From: a virus
DNA: 64,000 nt
Direction: 5' to 3' (one strand)
Virus record (IMG/VR): IMGVR_UViG_3300012313_000001
Program-made: the position numbers and the translations under genes
The notes under the pieces: generated by a model
The model's input: the letters and a program-made list of their open reading frames with translations, nothing else
What the model was told of the DNA's origin: nothing
The model's database searches: none
Shown here: positions 1 through 8,448 of the stretch, piece by piece
Numbering within the stretch: the stretch's first letter is position 1
Layout: every line of letters starts with the position of its first letter

Positions 1-891
1 AGGAGAAACAAGATCGCCAAGGTGGGAAATAACTCCTTTGCTACCCATGAAGGGGGACGCTCCCTTACAAGAAAAGAATTCGATACATCAAGCCAGAAGG
101 TGGCAGAATCTTTCCCCCAAGAGGATTGGAAAGCCATCAATAGTTTTTATTCAAAGTTCTCTGAAGTATCTGAAAAGGATGAAGCGAAGAAGAACTTTGA
201 TTCTGCGGTGAAGTCCGTTAAGGAATACATGAAGAGTGATGACCCTGATGCTGTGAAGATGAGGGAATTCTTTGGTGATGATGTGAACGTGGATGACGTG
301 GCAGAGATACTGGTCTACCAAGTCAACGCTATGCGTTCTCCTATCACGTGGGAAACCAAGAGGCCGGGCACTATCAAGCGTTCTATAGCCACCACGGTGA
401 ACAACGACATGAACAAGGAGAGATACGTTGCCAGCGTCATGTTCTTTGGTGGAAGGTGCTGCTACTGCAATCAGCCCATGTCCAAACGAGAAGGTGACTC
501 CAAGGCTACAGGCGAGCACATTACACCCGTGAACCCTTCTGGTAACGGAGTGATGGGAGGGACACGCTATGGCAACATGGCTCTTGCTTGTTCAGGGTGC
601 AACAACGAGAGAGGCAACAAGGAGTTGAATGAGTGGATCAGCGAGACCTCAAGGCTTTCAGAGGAGAATAAGAAGGCTTCTATGGATCGTATTGACCAGT
701 TCAGGAAGTTTGCTCTCTACAAGGAGTACACGCCGGAGCAGTCGAATGCCATCAGGGCGGCTATCAAGGAGACAGAGAAGTTCATGTATGAGAGAAGGAA
801 TCCTAATGGTTCGTATGTGGACAATGGGATCAAGGAGATCAGGGATCACTTGAAGATCACGATTCATGATCTGAATGAGATGCTGAGGTGA
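1..891 (+). CDS. HNH endonuclease domain protein (frame open from window edge; GTG at 22)
   Basis: CCYC...EHITP...GNMALACSGCNNERGNK is the zinc-binding HNH signature. Confidence 0.85.
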   Translation, partial: RRNKIAKVGNNSFATHEGGRSLTRKEFDTSSQKVAESFPQEDWKAINSFYSKFSEVSEKDEAKKNFDSAVKSVKEYMKSDDPDAVKMREFFGDDVNVDDVAEILVYQVNAMRSPITWETKRPGTIKRSIATTVNNDMNKERYVASVMFFGGRCCYCNQPMSKREGDSKATGEHITPVNPSGNGVMGGTRYGNMALACSGCNNERGNKELNEWISETSRLSEENKKASMDRIDQFRKFALYKEYTPEQSNAIRAAIKETEKFMYERRNPNGSYVDNGIKEIRDHLKITIHDLNEMLR

Positions 892-921
892 GGGGACACA
901 GTTCTTAGTCGCCTAGAAGCA

Positions 922-954
922 AGAAACCCTGTAAGCATTGCTTACAGGGTTTCT
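922..954. terminator. Hairpin terminator between convergent HNH gene and tRNA array
   Basis: Perfect 15-bp inverted repeat AGAAACCCTGTAAGC/GCTTACAGGGTTTCT. Confidence 0.8.
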
Positions 955-1025
955 GTATTGATTAACTCGTGGTGGTGCTCACAAGGCTTAAAGAGATGGA
1001 TGCTGGCGAGGATTTAGCACCCACG

Positions 1026-1105
1026 TACCCCTAACGGGATTCGAACCCGTATGCCGAAGCGAGAGATTTTAAGTCTCCTGTGTATACCAATTCCACCATA
1101 GGGGC
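1026..1105 (-). tRNA. tRNA-Leu(TAA)
   Basis: Cloverleaf GCCCCTA.../TAGGGGT, anticodon loop CTTAAAA, variable arm, GTTCGAATC. Confidence 0.93.
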
Positions 1106-1372
1106 AAAAGTGGGATGTTGATCCTGCCTTGTACTTCGGCAGAACCAACAGCCCTTGCGGGTTGAGGGTAATGACTCCCCGTACCGCGATGAGCAAGATG
1201 GCCCATCAGCAACCTCCCGACCTTTCTCGGTAGTCCGCACTGTACATTGCTTTGAAAGAGCATGCACGGTCAGTGCCAACCGCCTCCCTGACGTGTGAGG
1301 AAACGCCTGCAAGGTCATTACTCCTTACAGGACATTGGTGAATCGTCATTATCGATTCCAACCAATGCTTTG
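1106..1372 (-). ncRNA. Candidate structured ncRNA between tRNA-Glu and tRNA-Leu
   Basis: Several helices, including a 13-bp helix with G-U pairs only in minus sense, a CCC-GCAA-GGG tetraloop and a long-range GAGUAAUGAC/GUCAUUACCCUC pairing. Confidence 0.55.
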
Positions 1373-1445
1373 TACTCCCAACGGGATTCGAACCCGTGTC
1401 GTCGCCGTGAAAGGGCGATGTCCTAGGCCACTAGACGATGGGAGC
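1373..1445 (-). tRNA. tRNA-Glu(TTC)
   Basis: Cloverleaf, anticodon loop CTTTCAC. Confidence 0.95.
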
Positions 1446-1848
1446 GTGGCCCCTGACTGCACTATGAACCCCATGTGTTCTCACGGAATCCACCATGCAT
1501 TCAGGAATACTATCAGGCAAGTCCCTACCTACCACATCGTCCTGATGACCTTTTTCAAGTCATAGCGGACAGGGAACTCTTTACCAAGTTGATGTTCGGC
1601 CCAAAATTCTTTTCATTATTCTGTTGTTCTGATTCTAGTGTATCACACTCGGATCAGTTATGCAAGTCCATTATAGTGTTGGTTGCCAGACGGCGGAACC
1701 CTTTGCCATCTGGCAACCAACACTATACCAGAAGGTTTGACTACCAGAGGGCAGTGCTTTGCTCAAAGCCCGTCTGGTGTCCTACCCTCCCAAGGTTTGA
1801 TTACCATGCTGTACCCTGAGAATAATACCGCATGGTAATCAAAACTCG

Positions 1849-1920
1849 CTCCCCCACCTGGATTCGAACCAGGAACCTACGCATTAACAGTGCGGCGCTC
1901 TGCCGTTGAGCTATAGGGGA
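1849..1920 (-). tRNA. tRNA-Asn(GTT)
   Basis: Cloverleaf, anticodon loop CTGTTAA. Confidence 0.95.
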
Positions 1921-2210
1921 ATGTCTGGCTTATACAGTCATTTAACTCACTTGCCCCCGAGTGAGCACCAGAAAATCTCTGTTCAGTTACCAATCTCCAA
2001 CTTCTTATATGAACTACGGCGATGCTAAAGACAACGCCGTTTCTGGCTTCACAGGAATATGCTTAATCAGACCTTATACAGATCATTCTTAAGTCTAACA
2101 ATCCCTCCACCAGCACAACCCTCCGTTCCAGAGGTGACCAATACTTCTTACCAATCTTGCGCTTACATCAGCGAGGCTGAAGACCTCGCTGCTTTACGCG
2201 CTTTCATGTA
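1921..2210 (-). ncRNA. Candidate ~290-nt structured ncRNA directly 5' of tRNA-Asn
   Basis: Follows its own promoter; helices CAGCGAGG/CCUCGCUG, CCAGAAA/UUUCUGG enclosing two sub-helices, and CUCACU/AGUGAG; no ORF in the track. Confidence 0.5.
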
Positions 2211-2213
2211 AGA

Positions 2214-2242
2214 AGTCTACCGTATGAGTTCCTTCTTGTCAA
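2214..2242 (-). promoter_or_regulatory. Sigma70/SigA-type promoter
   Basis: Minus strand TTGACA-N17-TAGACT. Confidence 0.75.
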
Positions 2243-2624
2243 CTTCTGTACTCAACTTGTTTCCAAGTGGTCTTCCGTAGACTTCGTTGAACTTGTGTTC
2301 TCATCCTATCAGGTGATCGCACTACGTGTCAACTCAAGACTCACATCGTATTCAAGAATCTGTATCATCCTCTCCCCGAGGTGATAACACCATCATAGCA
2401 CAGAGTGATCTCTTCTGCAAGTCGCTTCGGAGTGATCTATGTCACACCCAGACGAGGGGACACAATCAGATCACTACGGATCATCTTGCACACAGCGTTT
2501 CCAGATCAACAAGGTTGACGGATTACTGCTATCTATGATGATTCTTTGACTCTGCATAAGGTCATCATAGGTAGAAAAAGCGATTGATAGGATTCAATTG
2601 CTCTATCAGCCGCTTTTTCATTTG

Positions 2625-2708
2625 TACCCGAAGTGGGACTCGAACCCACACACCATCACTGGCAAATTGTTTTGAGCAATTCATGTCTACCAATTCCATC
2701 ATTCGGGC
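2625..2708 (-). tRNA. tRNA-Leu(CAA)
   Basis: Cloverleaf with variable arm, anticodon loop CTCAAAA. Confidence 0.93.
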
Positions 2709-2884
2709 AGGTGCTTACTCTCGTAAGCGACGACATTGGCATGGTCTTTTACCACGCTTTGCCTCTCCTTTCCGTGCAAGCCGCCGCCTGCCGTACTCGT
2801 GAGTGGTTGATCTACCAGTTTGTACTCTGCATGATCTACAACGTCTTCCGTCGTTGGCCGAAGTGCGAATTCAACCTCTGACAG
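2709..2884 (-). ncRNA. Candidate structured ncRNA between tRNA-Arg and tRNA-Leu
   Basis: GCUUAC-GAGA-GUAAGC GNRA hairpin, GCGUGGU/ACCAUGC and CAACG/CGUUG helices. Confidence 0.4.
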
Positions 2885-2886
2885 CG

Positions 2887-2959
2887 CGCCCTCGGAGAGA
2901 ATCGAACTCCCGACACGGAGATTAGAAGGCTCCTGCTCTATCCGCTGAGCTACGAGGGC
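2887..2959 (-). tRNA. tRNA-Arg(TCT)
   Basis: Cloverleaf, anticodon loop CTTCTAA. Confidence 0.93.
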
Positions 2960-3009
2960 ATATTGAGTTGTTCTTGTTCAAGTGTGTTACCACTTGCTTT
3001 CTGGTGTTA

Positions 3010-3038
3010 ACTCTACACGATCTCTTGTGTAGTGTCAA
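3010..3038 (-). promoter_or_regulatory. Sigma70/SigA-type promoter
   Basis: Minus strand TTGACA-N17-TAGAGT; similar promoters at about 2304-2332, 3392-3420, 4134-4162 and 4459-4487. Confidence 0.75.
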
Positions 3039-3042
3039 CTCG

Positions 3043-3115
3043 TTCACGAGGAGGGATTCGAACCCCCGTCCCTACGCGCCATATGCGTTGCATTCATCCA
3101 CTATGCTACTCGTGA
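3043..3115 (-). tRNA. Atypical tRNA-like RNA with a shortened anticodon arm (loop ATATGGC)
   Basis: Perfect acceptor TCACGAG/CTCGTGA, D stem GCAT/ATGC and T arm GTTCGAATC, but only a 4-bp anticodon stem. Confidence 0.65.
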
Positions 3116-3254
3116 CCCATGGCTTCACAGCGCTTGCAATCACTGCGATACATACACATGACCGCCATGCCGTCATGCGCCTCTCGATGAGCTGGCCGAG
3201 GAAGCCACAAGGAGAATTCGCTACTCTGTTGCTCATCTCAACAGCCGCTCTCCG

Positions 3255-3328
3255 AGCCACCTATCGGATTCGAACCGATGACCTGCTGTTTACAAGACAG
3301 CTGCTCTAGCCAACTGAGCTAAGGTGGC
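3255..3328 (-). tRNA. tRNA-Thr(TGT)
   Basis: Cloverleaf, loop CTTGTAA. Confidence 0.95.
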
Positions 3329-3421
3329 ATTTCGGTTTTCTCATGAGGACTTACTCATGACAGGTCTCTTCCTCCGATGCCTGTTGTTAACAGCCTACAG
3401 CATGGTTGCTGCACTGTCAAG

Positions 3422-3495
3422 TGCCCGCGAAGGGACTCGAACCCCTGACCGCCTCGGTGTAAACGAGGAACTCTAGCCAACTGAGTTACACGGGC
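3422..3495 (-). tRNA. tRNA-Val(TAC)
   Basis: Cloverleaf, loop TTTACAC. Confidence 0.95.
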
Positions 3496-3559
3496 TTGCG
3501 TTGCTCTCTCAAGCAACTGTAGACTATCGTATCACAATGGATACCGAAAGTCAACGTCG

Positions 3560-3640
3560 TGGTGCGAGAGGGATTTGAACCCCCGAATCCGAAGAACCTG
3601 ATTTACAGTCAGGCGTGTTTGGCCGCTCCACCACCGCACC
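3560..3640 (-). tRNA. tRNA-Tyr(GTA)
   Basis: Cloverleaf with variable arm, loop CTGTAAA. Confidence 0.93.
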
Positions 3641-3743
3641 ATTTCGCTCCGCAACAAGAGAGCGAGTTTGCATGGTTTACCTGTAAGAAGTTGGTAACAA
3701 AGTGACGACGATTATACGTCATCACTCTGCCACCCCATACACG

Positions 3744-3817
3744 TGCCCCCACTGGGACTCGAACCCAGGACCAGCGGATTAAAAGTCCGATGCTCTAACC
3801 AACTGAGCTACAGAGGC
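3744..3817 (-). tRNA. tRNA-Lys(TTT)
   Basis: Cloverleaf, loop CTTTTAA. Confidence 0.95.
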
Positions 3818-3913
3818 ATGTTGCTTTTCACTATTCGGTTACCAACTCATTCTATCATACAGCATGTGTTGCTGTCAAGTCAAGAATGATCTCAATGGCA
3901 TATCTGCCATTCG

Positions 3914-3986
3914 TGGAGCCAAAGAGAATCGAACTCTTCACACTCTCCGTGCAAGGGAAAGTCGCCACCTTGGAACATGTGACCCC
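3914..3986 (-). tRNA. tRNA-Ala(TGC)
   Basis: Loop CTTGCAC and G3-U70 identity pair; D arm divergent. Confidence 0.88.
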
Positions 3987-4040
3987 ATATTCTGTTGTTG
4001 TCTCCATCCTACACCATCTCGCGTTGGATGTCAACTCCGT

Positions 4041-4110
4041 TCTCCCACAAAGATCAGAACCCCGACTGCCCGTTAAGGAACCAGATGCTCTGCCACTCAA
4101 CTGTGGAAGC
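4041..4110 (-). pseudogene. Degenerate tRNA (pseudo-tRNA)
   Basis: tRNA-length element with a D-arm remnant GTGGCAGAGC and broken T arm GGTTCTGATC; anticodon arm poorly paired. Confidence 0.55.
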
Positions 4111-4167
4111 GTATTCAGTTTCTCACTAAGTTGATTCTACACGATGATTCGTGTTTTGTCAACTTCG

Positions 4168-4241
4168 TGGTTGGAGCGGGACTTGAACCCGCGACCCTCG
4201 TCTTATCAGAACGATGCTCTAACCAACTGAGCTACCCAACC
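4168..4241 (-). tRNA. tRNA-Ile(GAT)
   Basis: Cloverleaf, loop CTGATAA. Confidence 0.95.
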
Positions 4242-4367
4242 AAAGGGCTGACCACGATGACCAACTTACATCTGCCAGCACTGAATGGGAAAGCCCGCCG
4301 TGGTAACAAACTTAGCCCTTACTTCAGCATCATACGGAGCATTCATGACTACTACCGTATGACTTCG

Positions 4368-4438
4368 TACCTCTGGGAAGTATCGATCTTCCGTCTGATC
4401 GTTATGAGCGATCCGTTCTACCTTTGAACTACAGAGGC
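4368..4438 (-). tRNA. tRNA-Met(CAT) with non-canonical T loop
   Basis: Cloverleaf, anticodon arm GATCG-CTCATAA-CGATC, T arm GGAAG-ATCGATA-CTTCC. Confidence 0.85.
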
Positions 4439-4491
4439 ATATTCACTTGTTGTTTAACACTCTACACGATGATTCGTGCTGTGTCAAATCG

Positions 4492-4562
4492 CAGAGACCA
4501 GAAGAATCGAACTCCTGTTGTCTGGGTTGGAACCAGAAGTGTTACCACTACACTAGATCTCC
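4492..4562 (-). tRNA. tRNA-Trp(CCA)
   Basis: Cloverleaf, loop TTCCAAC. Confidence 0.9.
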
Positions 4563-4586
4563 CTAGAGTACACATTGTACTCTACG

Positions 4587-4675
4587 CGGAACCGGAGGGA
4601 TTCGAACCCTCGGAACTGCTTTAACAGTTCACTTCTTTAGCAGAGAAGCCCTTTCGACCGCTCAGGCACGATTCC
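4587..4675 (-). tRNA. tRNA-Ser(GCT)
   Basis: Long variable arm, loop CTGCTAA. Confidence 0.95.
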
Positions 4676-4768
4676 TCATGTTCTCACTATTCACTTGCTC
4701 TGCAATCCAGCATAACATGCCTTCTTGCTGTTGTCAACACTAGACGATCACTCATCCATTGTCAAGCG

Positions 4769-4855
4769 CGGAAGGTAAGGGGATTGAACCCTTGCACCTC
4801 GTTAAAGATGGCTCTCGCTTTCCAAGCGAGCACATTACCACTCTGTCAACCTTCC
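4769..4855 (-). tRNA. tRNA-Ser(GGA)
   Basis: Long variable arm, loop TTGGAAA. Confidence 0.93.
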
Positions 4856-4956
4856 CCATCTACTTAACATTATTGCACAGAATGCAATCAATGTCAAGTA
4901 GACAGTGTTCCCTATTTATCTGTACACATTGTTGCACATAATGCAATCAATGTCAG

Positions 4957-5046
4957 CGGTCAGTGTGGGATTCGAACCCACGGAACAGGGGTAACCTGTT
5001 CAACAGTTTTCAAGACTGTCGCTTTAAACCACTCAGCCAACTGACC
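4957..5046 (-). tRNA. tRNA-Ser(TGA)
   Basis: Long variable arm, loop CTTGAAA. Confidence 0.95.
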
Positions 5047-5322
5047 ATGTTCAATTGTTGATGATGAGAACCATCATACCACACTGCACAAGCGTTGTCA
5101 ACTCTTGCTTGCGCTGCAACGCTTGTGCAGTGCTTCTCGATTTCCTACAAGGAAAACTCTACCATAGGGGACGCTCCATCCACAACCTGATCAAATATGA
5201 TCTACATCACAAAAGAGCAGCAGGTCACGCCGTTCGTCCTCACATCAGGGGACGCTCCATCTACGCTTCCTACAGATCATCATGCAGAATGGTTTGAATA
5301 AAAAGGGACACAGATTACACAG

Positions 5323-6834
5323 TCACCTCACAGGCATGACCCAACGTGTCTTCCCACTGTCCCAAATTCGAGGGATTTTATTCAGGATCGCAAGTTCTCG
5401 CTCGCTCAATCCGTCCTTGTACTGCAACAAAGGATCATTCCTGAATCGCTTCAACCTGAAGTTGAACTTGTGGACACGTTTGCCTTGGTAGAGATAGGAG
5501 TAGTCCGGCTTGATTTCCTTGTCCCTCACAAACCCCAATCGTGCATACAGATCACCGTCAGAGACACCATGATCAGAGAAAGTGACAATCTGATCCACAG
5601 CGTTGTCTTGAGACCACATGAGCGCTTGTGCAAGCAATTTTCCCATGCCACCAACGACGACATGACTGGTGCAATAGCGCTCAAGCCTCAGGACGCTCAA
5701 CACCTTCTTCCAGATGCTTACGGCGACGATCTGACCACTCTTCTTGTCCTTCAACCCCAAATAGATGCTGCCTTGGACGAAACCCTGAATATGATGAGCA
5801 TCAGAGAACTCTCTTGCCTGCTGCGCTGTCAAAGTGAGCACTTCTGTCTTCCTCGCGTATACTCGCGCTTGAGGGGACGCTCCAACCTTGTGAGCAAGCA
5901 TGGACTGAATGATCTCCTTCTTGTTGAACCAATCATCTTCCCAAACATTGATCAATTGAATCCCTTGATCATCACATTGCCTCCACTTGTCATAGTGGTA
6001 ATTCCTATCTTTGCCTGCATCCTCGCTATGCCACCATAAGCCGTTGTATTCGATAGCGATGTTCTTTTCAGGAATGTAGAAATCCAATTCTTTGCCTTTG
6101 AGGACTGTGCGATCACTGGTGATGATCTTTTCTTCTGGGAGCAGGGTCTTAAGGAAGGCGTGGAGTTCTTTTTCCTGCATGGAAATCTTGTCAGCAAGAG
6201 AGCATTGGGGACACGATGTGTTGCTATTGACTCTTTGATAGACAGGCGTGCTCCATGTGTGTTCTGGATTCTTTTTGCATGTCCAGTTGACTCTTCTTGC
6301 CGAATTGTAACTGAGGTCACTGAACTGGATCGTGTTTTGTTCACTGTACTCGTCTTCGAGGTGCGCATGGGTGTTCTTCAAGGACGCTCCATCCTTCTTA
6401 CACTGTACGCAGAGGTCTCTGAGAGCGTCTGTGAGGCTCATTGTGCTCTTGATGGTATCTGTAGCCCTTGATGCCCTGATCGTGCGTGTATGTCCGCATG
6501 GGAGGTCTAGGAGGATGTTCTTCTTGGAGGTGACGCTGATCGTGTCGGGTGAGGTGTCGTTGTGGACACTCCACATGCGTGCGATCTCTGGTACCTGTGT
6601 GGCGATGTCGTTGGTGCCGTGGATCACTCTGTTCTTTCCCGAGCAGACTGGGCATCCTTTGCCGTTGTGTCGATTGTTGACGCTTGCTGTCCATTGGTGA
6701 GCACAGCGTGAACATGTCCAGAGGATTTTCTTGGCGGAGGACTTGCTGGTTGTCTCGGGACGCTCCGTGTTGGACTGATCCCATTCTGGCAGCATCTCTG
6801 GGTGGTGGTAGGCGAAAGATCGTGTGTATTCCAT
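5323..6834 (-). CDS. Hef-like homing endonuclease: repeated zinc ribbons + PD-(D/E)XK-type domain + conserved C-terminal domain
   Basis: WTCSRCAHQW..GCPVC and WTCKKNPEHTW..CPQC zinc ribbons; ELDFYIPEKNIAIEYNGLWWH; RVYARK..GGMGKLL..LYARLGF..IWDSGK. Confidence 0.75.
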   Translation of the reverse strand: MEYTRSFAYHHPEMLPEWDQSNTERPETTSKSSAKKILWTCSRCAHQWTASVNNRHNGKGCPVCSGKNRVIHGTNDIATQVPEIARMWSVHNDTSPDTISVTSKKNILLDLPCGHTRTIRASRATDTIKSTMSLTDALRDLCVQCKKDGASLKNTHAHLEDEYSEQNTIQFSDLSYNSARRVNWTCKKNPEHTWSTPVYQRVNSNTSCPQCSLADKISMQEKELHAFLKTLLPEEKIITSDRTVLKGKELDFYIPEKNIAIEYNGLWWHSEDAGKDRNYHYDKWRQCDDQGIQLINVWEDDWFNKKEIIQSMLAHKVGASPQARVYARKTEVLTLTAQQAREFSDAHHIQGFVQGSIYLGLKDKKSGQIVAVSIWKKVLSVLRLERYCTSHVVVGGMGKLLAQALMWSQDNAVDQIVTFSDHGVSDGDLYARLGFVRDKEIKPDYSYLYQGKRVHKFNFRLKRFRNDPLLQYKDGLSERELAILNKIPRIWDSGKTRWVMPVR

Positions 6835-6944
6835 GTCCCCTCCTACCCTTTAAGTTCGTGCCTCTATCATATCAACCTGTGAATGCAATGAGAGCACGGT
6901 CTTCAGAGTTTCCCCTGTTGACCGTGCTCTCATTGTGTGCTGTG

Positions 6945-7018
6945 TAGCCCCTGCGGGACTTGAACCCGCGACCGACGAATTATGAGTTCGCTGCTCTAAC
7001 CTACTGAGCTAAAGGGCC
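6945..7018 (-). tRNA. tRNA-CAT, probably Ile2 (lysidine type)
   Basis: Loop CTCATAA; GGCCCTTTAGCTCAG 5' end resembles bacterial tRNA-Ile2. Confidence 0.88.
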
Positions 7019-7096
7019 ATGTTTACTTGTAATCGTATCACGCTTCCTTGTTATGCACAAGTCTGCGTGGTACGTGTTCTGTTCCGTTGAACAGAG

Positions 7097-7170
7097 TACC
7101 CCCACTGGGACTTGAACCCAGGACCCTCCGCTTAAGAGGCGGATGCTCTAACCAACTGAGCTACAGAGGC
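7097..7170 (-). tRNA. tRNA-Lys(CTT)
   Basis: Cloverleaf, loop CTCTTAA; body nearly identical to the Lys(TTT) gene at 3744. Confidence 0.95.
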
Positions 7171-7318
7171 TTGTTTACTTGTGATCTTATCATACCATAT
7201 GAGGAATGAGAAGTCAACTTGTTCTTTCTATGAAGTTGTCGGAATCCACTGATACGTGTCTTCCTGTCTGATCAGGTTACCCCATGCTGTTTACATTGTC
7301 AACATGGGGTAACCCTTG

Positions 7319-7519
7319 TCAGCGGTAGTTCCTGTAGGATTTGGAATCAGACGATGACCCAACGGAAACGTGCTCACCGTTGTTCTTCCCCACATGGACG
7401 ATGATGTAGAGATCCTTGTAATCTCCACCAAAATTGTCGATGTACTTCTGCGCTTCCTCGCGGGTGGCGAAGACGCCCATGAAAGTGAAGAAAGCATTGT
7501 TGTAGTCGAGGATGTACAT
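7319..7519 (-). CDS. Small hypothetical protein
   Basis: AAGGGA RBS before ATG, protein-like composition. Confidence 0.65.
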   Translation of the reverse strand: MYILDYNNAFFTFMGVFATREEAQKYIDNFGGDYKDLYIIVHVGKNNGEHVSVGSSSDSKSYRNYR

Positions 7520-7668
7520 GGTGTTCCCTTCTTGCTGTTGATTGGTCTCTGATGAGGATATCCGACGATGGTGCGGGTGTCAACTCTGTTTTCGACATCT
7601 TGTGGGGACACAGAGTTACATACAAAAAGTACGTCCCGTGTGCAATCCATCACACACGGGACGTACTC

Positions 7669-8262
7669 TCACAGGCCCATCATCTTGTCCATCACCTCGA
7701 CGGGGAGCATGGACTTCACATCCGCAACAGTCACGTCATGGACAGTGAGGGTAGCGAGGACAGGGAACACGCCCTGAATCATCAGAGTGCATTCCATCAC
7801 AACGGAATTGCCGGTGACGACGCTCCATTCCTTATCCTCGACCTCACGCATGTAGTGATCTTCGAGGATGTGCAGGTTCTCGAACTCGAAACCAAAGCGG
7901 CTGGGTGCGTGAGAGATGAGAGCAGGGGAATCCCAGTAAGCGAAGCCCTCGTAGCCAGCAGAGTGAAGAACGTTGCAGACATCCCTATCAGGATGCGACA
8001 GACGAACATGGGCGTCAACGCTACCGGACTTGATAGCGTCCTTCACGCCCTCGAACGCGAGGAACAGACGCTTCTTCATGGGGCTGCCAGCAGTCTCCTT
8101 GGTGATGTGACGGCCATGAATAGCAGCATGGGTGCGGGTGTGTCCGCCCTCGGCGTCGAGATCCTTGAGCGCCTTCTGGAACTCGGTGTCAGACATGCCC
8201 TCGAAGAAGCGGGTGTCACCCTTCTTGATCGTCATGTTTCTCTCCTTGAGATATGTAGTCAT
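7669..8262 (-). CDS. Hypothetical protein, paralog of 8449-9099 (alternative start 8235)
   Basis: Shared KRLFLxFEGxKDxI and LPxxVMDxM motifs. Confidence 0.8.
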   Translation of the reverse strand: MTTYLKERNMTIKKGDTRFFEGMSDTEFQKALKDLDAEGGHTRTHAAIHGRHITKETAGSPMKKRLFLAFEGVKDAIKSGSVDAHVRLSHPDRDVCNVLHSAGYEGFAYWDSPALISHAPSRFGFEFENLHILEDHYMREVEDKEWSVVTGNSVVMECTLMIQGVFPVLATLTVHDVTVADVKSMLPVEVMDKMMGL

Positions 8263-8448
8263 CGGCTCTTCCTTTGACCTGATGCTCTTACTCTACCACA
8301 CGGGACGCTCCATGTGCAAACCCTACAGAAAGTAATTTCGATCAGACCGAACTATGATGTGTGACTGCTTACAGAGGGGACACAGACACGCAAAACCACA
8401 TTGGCCGTGCAAACCCACGAGTGCAGGTCTACACGGCCAACAAGGTCA

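Noticed and set aside
1539..1575. Hammerhead ribozyme (CTGATGA)
   Set aside because: No GAAA after the stem, and it lies on the strand opposite to array transcription
4868..4956. Direct repeat ACATTRTTGCACAKAATGCAATCAATGTCA as a novel element
   Set aside because: Explained as a duplicated TTGACA promoter-like segment between tRNA-Ser genes
1014..5297. Short ORFs across the tRNA array
   Set aside because: They overlap tRNA genes and lack RBS or protein-like composition
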